The notes under the pieces are model-generated. The model was not told where the DNA came from, searched no databases, and worked only from the letters and a program-made list of their open reading frames with translations. From NCBI GenBank assembly GCA_951406725.2, contig OX597819.1, positions 868,001 through 932,000 of the forward strand: a stretch of DNA of 64,000 nucleotides, written 5' to 3'. The stretch is from Octopus vulgaris (taxonomy: Eukaryota). The position numbers and the translations under genes are program-made. Shown in pieces: positions 52,335 to 64,000 of the stretch. Numbering within the stretch: position 1 is the stretch's first letter; each line of letters opens with the position of its first letter.

Positions 52335-53568
52335 CGAGGGTCGGCTAAAAAGTTCATAGCCCTGACCAAATGAGGTTTATTTTTCAACATAGTCTCCCCA
52401 CCACTTCTTACATCGGTGTTGCGGTGCTTGGGTCCCATTGGTGAGGAAGCTTTCATCCTGTTGCTCAAAGAAAAAAGAAAAAAAAAAATCATCTACAATA
52501 GATTATAACGTCACCATCACTGTGATACTGGTTCCCAGCCAAGTGTGTTTTCATGTTGGGGAATAGATGATAGTAAGATGGGACCAAATAAGATGAATAG
52601 GGAGGATGATGAATCAGTTCAAAGCCAGTCACTTACAGCAGCCAATGAAACCAAGGAGAAACCAAGGATTTGTGTGCTGGAGCATTGTGCTGACAAAACA
52701 AAACCACCGCCATCAGTTTTCCCGAGCGTTTGGTTTAGTTAGCCTTTTGTAATTGCTTCAGCAGTTGGCATAGTACTCTCCATTAATGGTATAATTCTTC
52801 TAAGCGTAAACACAATATCTTTTGCAACCCCAAAACCTGAGGCCATCATCTTCCTTGCAGATGAAACCACCTTGCACTTCTTTGGAGCAGGTGAAGAGAG
52901 ATGTTTCCACTGCATGGATTGTCTCTTTGCCTCTGGCTCAACACTCATTCTGGAAATGTTCAAGGAAACCAGCTGTATCTGCCTCAAACAATATCAGATT
53001 TTTCTGTAATGTGCACTTTTGATCAGGTGTCATGAGATATAAGAACACATTGCACAGAAACCTTTGCCATATCAAGTTCATTGTGCAGAATATTCTCAAC
53101 TCTCTCACAGGATATGCTAATACCATTGGCTATTTGGTTTGTAGTCAATGGCCTATCCCCCATCAATATGTGGTTTACATGATCAACGTTTTCCTCACTG
53201 GTCTAGACTTTGGTTCATCGTGAAGATTCTCTCTTCCCCTTCTAAATTCAGCTGCTCGCTTTTTCATCATGGAGAAAGCTGGAGCATCATCCCTAATGTA
53301 GCAACCATGACAGCATGAATGTCCTTAGGGACTAAACCCTTTTTCTGATGGTACTTGATAATACCACAATGCGAAATTTTGCCCATTTTCAAGAGAAGTT
53401 GCCACTAGTTACTTATGAAATTTTCTTTGAACAGTCAGATGTTAGCTTGGTTGGAAACAAACAATGCAGTTATTAATAAGTAGGGATGAAATTAATGCAT
53501 ATAAGATTTCCCAGCTCTAGTATCATTCCTTCATAGTCAGCCTATGAACTTTTCAGCCCACCCTCATG
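52335..53568 (-). mobile_element. Mariner transposon, full length but defective, with TA TSD
   Basis: TIRs 'cgagggtcggctaaaaagttcatagccctgac' and 'gtcagcctatgaacttttcagcccaccctcatg', flanked by TA; EPEAKRQSMQWKH...PKKCK...SARKMMAS transposase motif. Confidence 0.9.
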
Positions 53569-53844
53569 TATTCTGAAATAAGACACTTTCTGTATCTTGC
53601 AACAGTATTTTCCAACAGTTCCGAAATCATCAACCCAAACTAGTTACCATGTCATATATATGTACACTGTTTCCACTGGGAAAGTGCCTAATATTTTTTG
53701 AACAAATAACAGAAAACAAAAGTTCGACCTTCGCGTAACTCTTGGAACAGACAACTAAGTAACTATGGAGATCAGACCAATAAAACATTGTACACATGCA
53801 ATATGAACAGACATTTTATATAGTTCAAATTCTTTCTATTCTCT

Positions 53845-54060
53845 AAGCAATGAGCTGGCAGAAACGTTAGCACGCCAGGCGAAATGCTTAGCGTTATTTT
53901 GTCGGTCTTTATGTTGAGTTCAAATTCCGCTGAGGTCAACTTTGCCTTTCATCCTTTCAGAGTCAATAAATTAAGTACCAGTTGCATACTGGGTCAATAT
54001 AATCGACTGGCCTCCTCCTCCCACAAAATTTCAGCCTTTGTGCCTAGAGTGGAAAAGAAT
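53845..54060 (+). mobile_element. SINE family B
   Basis: Homologous to 47614-47830. Confidence 0.8.
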
Positions 54061-54764
54061 ATCTATTCTCTGAAGACTATCCAAGCGTTATGAATGCATT
54101 TTGTTATGAATGCATTTTACTTGTTTGTCATTGCACTACAATCATGTTGGGAACCAACTTGAGGGGTTTACTCAGACAGATTGACCTCAGTATTTATCTT
54201 TTAAGACTGGCCCTTATTCTATTGGTCTCTTTCACCAAACTGATAAACTACTAAGTTACAGGGATGTAAATAAACCAATACTGATTGTCAAATAGTGGTG
54301 GACAAACATTATAAAGACACAATCATTATATATATATATAAAAAATACCATGTACATTTAAACACATGAGGAATCCACTTGTGGTATTCAACATGCTAGA
54401 AAGAACAGCTAGGTTCTATAACCACAAAATTAAGGATAAAATTCGACAGGAACGAAATGAAAACATGAAAACATTTTACCATCTAGTTTCCTGGACCAAT
54501 TAGTTTCTGATTTTAGTTTAGCAAGTAAATAACAAATACTCGCTAGATGAAATCATCCTCAGCAGGAACACCTTGGGTTAAAAATATAAACACGAGGCGA
54601 TCAAACTATGTTCAAACTATGATCAAACTTGTTTATACATCCTACACTGAATTTCATGACTAATACATAGTGTTTGGACTAAATTTTTAGACGTTAGGTC
54701 ACTGGAAATGAAAACTTTAATTAATTTCCATTTCCCTTTGATATGATTAAGTATATATATATAT

Positions 54765-55381
54765 ATATAAATTAACAATTGAGGATAAAATCTTTAAAAG
54801 AAATTATCAGTAGTCAGCGTGAAAAACCTCGTAAGAGAAAAAATCCGTAAATTCTTCCTCTTTGAAAATATTCATTTATATTATATTGAGGGTACTACTA
54901 TTCGTAGATACCAACACGCTAAGAGGGACCAATGCGGTCAAAACTACTAAAAATAAACAAAATTTTACCGAATGCAAAACTTCAAAACACATCATTTTAA
55001 AAAAGAATTCAGTTACATATCGCATGTGATTTCGCATTTAAATGCAGAATATGCATTTTATGTTCATCAGTGCAACAAACTCAAGAAATATAATAGAAAA
55101 ACATAACATTACAAGCTCGATAGCCAACCGTAGAATTCGTCGTAGCATGTCCGAATGTTTATCTTTACATATCTATGAAAATGGCGGGCTTATTCGCAAT
55201 GCATTTCGGTAACAAATTGTCTATTCGGAATAAAAATTCAGTATTGAACTATTCCGGTGAAAAATATAAATTAACAATTGAGGATAAAATCTTTAAAAGA
55301 AATTATCAGTAGTCAGCGTGAAAAACCTCGTAAGAGAAAAAATCCGTAAATTCTTCCTCTTTGAAAATATTCATTTATATT
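54765..55381 (-). mobile_element. ORF-less element: 499-bp unit bounded by identical ~118-bp direct repeats, carrying a hammerhead (retrozyme-like / Penelope pLTR-derived)
   Basis: 54765-54882 = 55264-55381; hammerhead at 55012-55076; (TA)n on both flanks. Confidence 0.75.
55012..55076 (-). ncRNA. Type I hammerhead ribozyme motif
   Basis: Minus strand: gttgca-CTGATGA-acataaaatgcatattctgcatttaaatgc-GAAA-tcacatgcga-TA-tgtaac; 6-bp stem I, near-palindromic stem III, A10.1-C11.1 mismatch. Confidence 0.78.
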
Positions 55382-55393
55382 GAATATATATTC

Positions 55394-55435
<42 letters not shown>

Positions 55436-55639
55436 CATACATACACACACACACATACGCATCAGTTTCCACTTACCAAATTCATCCTCAAGGCTTTAGT
55501 CTGCCTGTGGCTATTAGTACAAGATACTAGCCCAAAGTGCCACAAAGTAAATCTGAAACCAGAGTCTGTGCATATGTTGAAACATAATCACAAATGGTAA
55601 TATAAAAATAAAATAAGAGTAAAGGTGGAGAAAAAAGAA

Positions 55640-55671
55640 ACAAAGATCAACTTTCTTCTTAGCAATTTATT
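55640..55671 (-). terminator. Candidate distal polyadenylation signal of the Rab11-FIP gene
   Basis: AATAAA on minus strand (TTTATT 55666-55671), followed ~20 nt later by U/GU-rich 'tctttgtttcttttttctcc'; AATAAA is common in AT-rich DNA. Confidence 0.3.
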
Positions 55672-56046
55672 TGAAAACAATGAAATTTAACAATGATGAA
55701 GTAATGTCAGTAACAATATATTTCATAGGTTCTATAAATGACTTATAACAAATCAATTTGTTTGATGCTTTTCAACATAATTAAAAATGTCACATTCAAG
55801 CAATCAACCTTTTTTTCAAGTATTTAAAAGAAGAAGCAGAAAGTATATATTGTTTTAAAAAATAGAAACAAGGCTTCATTTGCTAACTTAAAATAAAAAT
55901 GAAATCAAATAAAAACGTGAGTAGACATTGGTTGAAATAAATGTTTAAATTAAATCCACTTCATAAAAATGTATGACTGGTCAATATAATTTAATTGGAT
56001 CTAAAATTAAAAACACTTTTAACATGACACACATGTATAGATTGAT

Positions 56047-56080
<34 letters not shown>

Positions 56081-57413
56081 CATATATATATACATATATA
56101 TATATTACAATTAATAGAAATTTGCTTTTGCGAGAATTTCATAACCTCAAATTCACAAATATATGAAAATATTCTATAAATTTTGGCAGACCAATTCATA
56201 GGAGGATATGGAATATGAGTTATCAAATGTACATTCTTAGATATATCAGAACTAAAATAGATCTTGAAGAAATAACTTGTATATCACAGTCTGGATGTTA
56301 AAAGATGTTAAAATAAAGGAGAGTGTATATCTGATGGGTTTACATCAAATCAAAACGTATACCACACATATTTAGCAATTAAAGTATCATTTTAAGTTTC
56401 ACAATCTCTCACCTTGGTTTTAATGTTTACATTATTAAATTGTTTAAAATTAATTTCGCTTTCTTTTAATAAAAACAAAAAAAAAATCACCTGAGAACTC
56501 TTTGGTACCTAAATTTAAGATTGTCAGGAAATGCTATTAAAAAATATAAAATGTGATTATCTGATAATTAACTAAAATTACTTTAATGTATGTTTATTTA
56601 CTAATTATCTTTAATTATTATTAATATACAAGAGACTAATTCATCATGAAATTATTTCATAACATTTTAACATAATAAACTGAAGGACTTCAATGAAAGA
56701 TAGTCTGCAAACTTGAGATAAATTCTAATTTCTGTGATGAATTATGAAGAATCTCTTCACAATATCATTTACTATCTAAAGAAATATTAATCATCTTAAC
56801 ATATTGTCTGAAAAGAAATTTCATATTTATCTTTTAAATTGTAAAAAAGTATTATTTACTAATTTTAAATATGAAAGTCTATACAGTATCTATACACACA
56901 CACACACACACACACATATACATATACACACATGTTTAAGAATGAACCATTTTTACAAGCTAAAAAAGAACAAAAGTGCTATCTAAAAATTCCTTAAAAT
57001 ATCTCAATGGACAAGAGAAAAATATATTTTGTTGAAGAGAAGGGCCAGAAAATTGGATTATCTTTTAATCCTTTTTAATATCAACATGACTGACCCCCCA
57101 ACCGCTTCTTTAGTACAAACTTCCTGTTTTAAAATGACCTCATTTAAAACCTTCCAGTAAATTTTCATTTTATATTCCAGACACGAGGTTAACAATTATG
57201 TTGTTTTATTAAATTTTCCAATATCTTTAATGCCAACTCATGGTAATGAAAGAGTTAACGATTCAAAAACATTCTATTTCTAAATTTCTTTGACTATTTA
57301 ATGCAAGCAAAGTTTGTTGCCTTGAAGAAGACGGCAATAACAAACAAGATTTATTTTTGACCTGTCCACATCTCATTTTATCAACTAACCCTCCTTATAT
57401 TTATATATAATGA

Positions 57414-57735
57414 AGGCGCATGGCTCAGTGGTTAGAGCGCCGAACTTATGACCGTGAGGTTGTGAGTTCAATTTTTGGACCAGGCTGTGTGTTGTGTTCT
57501 TGAGCAAGACACTTTATTTCATGTTGTTCCAGTTCACTCAGCTGTAGAAATGAGATGAGAAATCACTGATGCCAAGCTGTATTGGTCTTTGCCTTGGATA
57601 ACATCAGTGGCGTGGAGAGGGGAGGCTGGTATGCATGGGTGACTGCTGGTCTTCCATAAACCACCTTGCCCGGACTTGTGCCTTGAAGGGTAATTTTCTA
57701 GGTGCAATCCCATGGTCATTCTTGACCAAAGGGAG
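57414..57735 (+). mobile_element. tRNA-derived SINE family C
   Basis: GGCGCATGGCTCAGTGGTTAGAGCG A-box head, 'gagttcaatt' B box; homologous to 43995-44315. Confidence 0.85.
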
Positions 57736-58528
57736 TCTCTGAATATATGGGTTTTTTAAAGATATATTTTATCCTTCATTTAAGCAATTTCAAAGAATTT
57801 TTTGTTCAGTTTCCATTGGAAAACATTAATTAATAAATTAGGTGAAATGTAGATCTTTCAGAAAAGGAGGAGAGTGATGTTAACAAAAATTTAAAATCAT
57901 AACTTGAAAATAAAATATGTTAGTATTTCTTCCTCACATTCACACAGTTAAAGAAAATATGTATATACAGAAGATAATGATAATCAGCATATAATGTTTG
58001 ACTTCCTTATAAATGAAAGCAAAGCCAAGTGTTTAATTAAATATATTTAAATAGGACAAACTCTTCATTGGAATATGGCAAATATGTTTAGAGGGGAGGT
58101 GTAGTTTGATAAACATCAACCCCAGTATATGCCCGGTATTTGTATTATCAATCTTAGAGGAATGAAAGACAACATTGAGTTCAGTAAGATTTGAATTTGA
58201 GACATGAATACCAATTGTGAGTTTATCCTTTTGTTGCTAGTCATAAATACTGGTGGAAACAAGACAAAGTTAAGTTTTCTGAACTACCATTTTGTTTGCA
58301 GGAAATTACAGCCAAACAATAATATGTTTTTGCTGATTTAATTGTTACTTTAATATAGATTTCTATTTAGGTCTAATTACAGAGGATTAGATTGTGGAGT
58401 GTTCATAGCTTTCTCAAGAGCATTGGCTAATGTAAAATGTCTTTAATTGAGAAATTGAAATTTATTTGCAGAGTCACTGTCAGGATCTCTGCATAAATCA
58501 CATTGTTGCTACAATACAGCAATCTATC

Positions 58529-58533
<5 letters not shown>

Positions 58534-58603
<70 letters not shown>

Positions 58604-58612
58604 CGAGCGAGA
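58534..58612. repeat. (GA)n microsatellite
   Basis: Direct reading. Confidence 0.95.
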
Positions 58613-58717
58613 GAACACTGTAAGATATCAGAAGTATTTTTGAAAACATCTTTAGGTAATAATTAGATTTAAATGATGTAACCGAAATGAAAATCTTTTC
58701 TTTTACTCACATATTTT

Positions 58718-58772
<55 letters not shown>

Positions 58773-61700
58773 ATATATATATAGTCATCATTGCTTGACA
58801 TTTGTTTTCCATGCTCGCAATGGTTGGACCATTTTCCATGGCTCTCAAAATTATTATAAATCAGAAACCACTATTACCTATCAATTGCTAGCAAGGATGC
58901 GCTAGGGATATGTTCATGTGGTGTGAAAAGTCTACCAGACAATAGAGAGGGATTAAAACTAATGCTAATGGCATGTGTGCACATACACTCACATGAATGC
59001 TATTGATATATACACACATACAAAAATAACAATTAGCTGTGTCTGAGAGTGGGGTAGGTGCATATATATGTGCACATGCAATTAGCATTCGTATGTGTGT
59101 ATGTTTATGCCAACTATATAATATCAAGTATTTCTTAAATTTTTTTATTATTGAAACAGAGTTTGGAGTGTGTCAGTGGACAATGATCATCGCATATGAC
59201 AACAAGGACTGAGTCGAGAAAAGCAGAGAAGATTGGGGAAAGGCTAAAGAGAAGAAACAAGAAGTAGGAAGAAAGAGAGGAGAGTGAAGAATGAGGAGAA
59301 GCGTTAATCAGGAGGAAAGGAAGAAATGAAAGTAGGTGTTGTAAGATGAACAACGAATCTGAAGCTAATAGAGAAAGTATGGGAATTGCTAATCAAGAAA
59401 GCAGGTACAATATCAACAAAGATGACAGGTAAGAATATTTTGCATAAGCCAGAAAACAAAAAAAAAAACAAATTTCCAAGAAATTAATTGAAGTTATTTA
59501 TGAAGGCAATGGCAGAATATTATTATTGAATGGGGAAATGTTTATGCCAGACATTGAACCACAAAATGGGTCGTGCAATTTCCATGGGTATAACTAATTA
59601 CTATTATTATTATTAAAGTTCTTGTTGTTACCTTAACTCAGCTCTATTATTTTTTTTTTGTCTAGATTTACAAAATTTCAATTTCAAATTACATTTCTTG
59701 AAAATTAATGTTTTAACTAAAAGTGTTGCGCTACTTTAGCTAATTTTCAATATAGAAAGCTTAGCAGATGTTTTTGTGATATGATTCCAGTTAAACAGAA
59801 GAAAATATCAGTGGTCTTCAATTCAAAATATAACATTAAGTTCAAGAAGCTATTCCTAATCTGGAATAAATACCATCTACAAGTAGAAAGTAATTATGAT
59901 AACTAATTCCATTAAAAAGTGAAACTAAACTTAAGAATATCAAAGAAAATCCTCTTTTGGCGATTTAAACCAGAGAAAACTTCTTTTGCAGCATTCTTCA
60001 GTTATACAGTTACTTTCTATGAAAACAATATTTCACTACGTATTTCTAAAAACCAATTTTTAGAGGATTTTATTTGTGTATGACAATAACAACTATTTCT
60101 AGATTTGTTTACATAATCGTATGAAATCCTGTGTGTAAAATACAAATTTGCAAAATTTTCTGAAAACTCAAAAGAATAAAAAAGTTACGAGTGGTTATAT
60201 GTCATGCATAATTAATTTGTTTACGGTTTCATATAAAGACACAAGCGCTATTTTTAGGACAATGACAAAATATGCATTCATGCACAAAATGACAGCTTCC
60301 AAATCCTGTTTCCTGACTGATCAAACTTTAAACCTCTATAACTTTTTTAAAATATTTTTCTGGTAAAAGTGAAATAACTCCAGCAATTCAGCTTGGAAAA
60401 CTACATTAATATACCAAATTTTAAAATTTTCAATAAATTTTGATTTTTGAAATCTTGGCAGCCAAACAGAAAAGATTCCTGGTATTCAACTTAGTAACTT
60501 CACAACTTTTAATCTTGTAACATTTCCTGTTTAAAATATTTATAGCTAGACTATATTACCACTTGGAGTTTGAAAATGATTTAGCTTATTTTAAGAGTAG
60601 GATTTAAAGATAAAATGCAGAACAAAATGTTATGTTTGTAAAGTAATAAAAATAAAAAATAAAATCAAATAAAAGAGAAAGCAACTATATAAAAAACAGC
60701 AACATTTTACAAAAAATAATCTAATAAAAATTTGGAATTACTAAGAACTCCTCTTAGTATCTCAAAATAACTGTTTTGATTAAAATTAAAACCTAATTAA
60801 TATTCATTATATTTTTTGAGGAAAAATAATAAAAATTATAAGTATATTCACCAAAGGATATACACGACAGTAAAATTATATAAAAGTATCTAAAAACAAT
60901 TAACAATGAAAGACTTTGTATACACAAATGGTATAAAATACATACATACATCTTTAGTACATGTGTGATATATATATGTACAGACACACAATATATACAC
61001 ATATCCATACATACTACATATTTACACAAACATACACAGGAGACACTGCAACTTCACATAACATTTAAGGATTTTTAATTGAAAAATAAAGATGGAAAAA
61101 TTTTTTTTTAATTTTGAAAGATGATGTCAATGTAATTTATAGATGGAAAGATTACAATCAACCGCTGCAACCTGTTCATGTTTTACATTCTTAATTTACG
61201 TTGGTTTGAAAAAAAATGATCTCACTAAATAAAACCAGAGATTCTGATTTTCTATGAAAACAGCTATGATTCATAAGGCAGGATAGAAATCAATAAATTT
61301 CCTCTTTCCAAGAATTTGTAATTGAAATAAATGAAATAGCATTTTTCATTAATAAATGAAAGTTTATACACTATATATGACTAGACATAAAAAAAAGTGC
61401 TTTAACTGAAAAGCTAGCTAAATCAAAACCAGAAAGCCTGAGAAAGTACTTTGGAAACAGTATGTGTGTGTGTATATATACATATATAATATATATAAAA
61501 TACCCACATACACTCTATACACTTATAAACAATAGCTAAAAATAAAGCATTCCAAATAAGTTATGAAAGCTGATAATTAATCACACTGCCTGAAAAGTAT
61601 TCTGATCAACATAGCATTTGTCCAACTGAAAGACAGAGTATGCCAGTGCTGGAGAGCAGCATTTGTTTTATTTAGGTCTTTGTGAAGCTATTATCCAATA

Positions 61701-62158
61701 CCAACAGTTTCAAAAATAGACACACACACACACACTTTTTATGCACGTTACTCGTGAATAAAATTCAAATATTTTCTTTGCTTTCGCTCACCAAAGAAAA
61801 GAATTGAAGTGGAACAAATCCAAATACCTATTTTGTTTTCTTAATAACGAGCAGTAATTTTCTTTCAGAATAATTCCTGAAGGTAAAGTCTTTATTGAAT
61901 GCAGTTTAGGGATTTTTTTTAAAAAAAAACCCCTGATTTGAAAATTTTTTAATGAAAATTTAAAGCATTTTCTCTTATCTGAGTACCGATGTTTTAAAAT
62001 TTCAAGATAAAGGAGAGAATGAAGAAATGCTGAAAATGAGTAAATTTGGAGGGCTATTTTTTGGTATGTGCTGCAGTTGTGTTGAAGTTAGAGATGTTGG
62101 TATCATTGTCTCAATATTATTCATGGTGAAAATAAAGATAAAATAAAGACCATTTTAA

Positions 62159-62275
62159 TCACTGGTTGATTTCAAGTAAAGACTGGTTCTTCTCTAATAT
62201 CTTAAGGATGATTTTATCAACATACTTCTTGAGGCGATCATTGACATCTTGCTGTTCTTTCAAAGCATTCATTAG
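62159..62275 (-). CDS. RAB11FIP4: Terminal coding exon of a class II Rab11 family-interacting protein (FIP3/FIP4/Nuf-like; FIP-RBD C-terminus); upstream exons lie beyond the window
   Basis: LMNALKEQQDVNDRLKKYVDKIILKILEKNQSLLEINQ* matches the FIP-RBD pattern as I recall it (LMEALKEQEEINFRLRQYMDKIILAILDHNPSILEI in vertebrate FIP4); phase-0 acceptor 'ttaattttatttcag' immediately upstream. The symbol denotes the FIP3/4 co-ortholog. Confidence 0.92.
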   Translation of the reverse strand, partial: LMNALKEQQDVNDRLKKYVDKIILKILEKNQSLLEINQ

Positions 62276-62375
62276 CTGAAATAAAATTAAACCATACAAT
62301 GTAAACAGTATAAAAATTGTTAATACCAAATGGTATTTGCTAGGTCTTGCCAAACACACACACATAATACTGATT

Positions 62376-62587
62376 TCATATTTTGGTACAAAGCCAGTAA
62401 TTTCAAGGGAAGTGGGTTAGTCAATTACATCGAGCCCCAGTACTCAATTGGTACTTATTTTATTGAGTCTGAAAGGATGAAGGGCAAAGCTGACCTTGGT
62501 GGAATCTGAACTCAGAACATGAAGACAGATGAAATTCCATTAAGCATTTTACCTGGTGTGCTAACAATTCTACCAGTGCACTGCCTT
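62376..62587 (-). mobile_element. SINE family B in the last intron
   Basis: 'tgaaaggatgaagggcaaagctgaccttggtggaatctgaactcagaac'. Confidence 0.75.
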
Positions 62588-62690
62588 TATCTCTCTATAT
62601 ATGCCCAGTTATAATAAAAACAATTTTACCTTAAACTGAAGGATTACTCATTAGCTTCTGTATAATACATGTTTATTATTCTTTAATAAA

Positions 62691-62780
62691 TAGTGTTGAT
62701 AGTGATTTTGAAGTTTTGGCCTGCTTAACCTTCACTGGACTCGGATGAAGGCCAAAACTTCAAAGTCAGTGACAACACTA
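62691..62780. repeat. 90-bp hairpin element
   Basis: TAGTGTTG..TTTGAAGTTTTGGCCT / AGGCCAAAACTTCAAA..CAACACTA. Confidence 0.75.
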
Positions 62781-62782
62781 TA

Positions 62783-63609
62783 CAGGATGCGATTGGTAAA
62801 TTGTCACTATTTTATATTTTTAGTTTTGTCAACTACACAGTACAGTAGGGTCAGTTGGGCACCATGTGTGAGAGAAACAGCACCTTGATGTAATTCACTC
62901 TGCCAGAAATTTGGAAACAACAAGTTGTATTGCTTGGCATTCACACTGGAAGCTCTAATACGAACATTTCAGAGTGTTTGGGGGGTCAATCTGAGGACAG
63001 TACAATCAGAGGACATATGCTGAGAGTAATAAAAATCAAACATCTAGACATCATGGTGTTTGGAGTGATCACTAGTGATGGTGACGTTATGCCTCCATTC
63101 ATCTTCCCATATGCTGTCAGACTCAACACGGAGGTCTACATCAAGTGCCTGGAGGAAGTAGTGCTTCCCTGGGTCAAGAGGGTGGCTGCTGGAAGACTGC
63201 CACAAAAGCAAGAGAACCCAGTCGTGGCTGTCAGACAGTTTCTGCAACCACATCACCCCTAACATCTGACACCTAACTCCCCAGACTGCAATCCCTTGAT
63301 TATTATGTGTGGGGCACAGCTGAGCAAGAGACCAATAAAACTTCTTGTAACCCCAAAGATGAACTGAAGACAAGGATTATGGCAGCATTCAGCTATTTAA
63401 ACAAGGAGACCATCCACAAGAGTTGCAGGAGAATCCGAAGTTGTTAGGAGGCTGTGGTTGAAGACAATGATAATTTTATTGAATAAATTTACTCTTTAGT
63501 ATTTCAAGATATTTTTATGTAATTTTGGTTGATATATCTGTTAAAATGAGATGTTGGTGTTATTTTCAGTTTTGCATAATTTAGGCATCAGTTTATTCAC
63601 TGCACCCTG
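62783..63609 (+). mobile_element. Internally deleted Tc1/mariner-superfamily transposon (maT/DD37D-like) with TA TSD
   Basis: Ends TA-CAGGATGC...GCACCCTG-TA; IMVFGVITSDG...YIKCLEEVVLPW and PNSPDCNPLDYYVWG motifs. Confidence 0.85.
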
Positions 63610-63659
63610 TATATATTGAATCACATTCCTCTCTCTCTCTCTATATATATATATCTTGA

Positions 63660-63970
63660 AAGTGCATGGTTTAGCTCTTAAGGTATTCAGCTCACAATTG
63701 TAAGGTCATGAGTTCGATTCTCAGCAGTGCATTGTGTCCTTGAGCAAGACACTTTGTTTTATGTTGCTCCAGTCCAATCGGCTTGCAAAAATGAGTTGTA
63801 CCCGTAATACAAAGGGCCAGCCATGTCACACTGAATCTCTCTGAGAAATACGTTAAGAATACATGTGTTTGCGAAGTACTCAGCCACTTGCACATTAATT
63901 TCACAAGCAGGCTGTTCCTTTGACCAGGTCAATTGGAACCCTTGTCTTCGTAACTGATGGAGTGCTACTC
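63660..63970 (+). mobile_element. tRNA-derived SINE related to family C
   Basis: 'gagttcgattc' B box, 'tgtgtccttgagcaagacacttt'. Confidence 0.7.
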
Positions 63971-64000
63971 ACATATGAATAAATGCAAGAAGAGACGCAA

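Noticed and set aside
62276-62365. N-terminal part of the 68-aa ORF (MCVCLARP...)
   Set aside because: Intronic; similarity to FIP-RBD starts right after the tttcag acceptor

Overview
AT-rich, repeat-dominated eukaryotic DNA. The SINE/RTE repertoire and the dense (TA)n, (CA)n, (TATG)n and (CAT)n microsatellites suggest an octopod cephalopod (Octopus); this is inference. The only host coding sequence I can support is the terminal exon of a class II Rab11-family interacting protein (FIP3/FIP4/Nuf-like, minus strand, 62159-62275), with a probable long 3' UTR running leftwards. The rest is transposon-derived: many RTE-clade LINE copies and 3' ends, CR1-like and R4/Dong-like fragments, several tRNA-derived SINE families, four Tc1/mariner relics, a Helitron fragment, a hAT fragment, and a near-complete Penelope-like element (RT + GIY-YIG, 39943-43754). 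The most notable unannotated signal is a set of minimal type I hammerhead ribozyme (HHR) motifs. There are five clear motifs at four loci with unrelated stem sequences, plus three degenerate candidates. They occur in the Penelope terminal repeat, in a palindromic back-to-back HHR dimer, in a 499-bp ORF-less direct-repeat-bounded retrozyme-like unit and in an orphan AT-rich segment, mostly embedded in (TA)n tracts. Most ORFs in the supplied track are microsatellite or repeat artefacts. All motif matches were made by eye, and coordinates of degenerate repeats are approximate.
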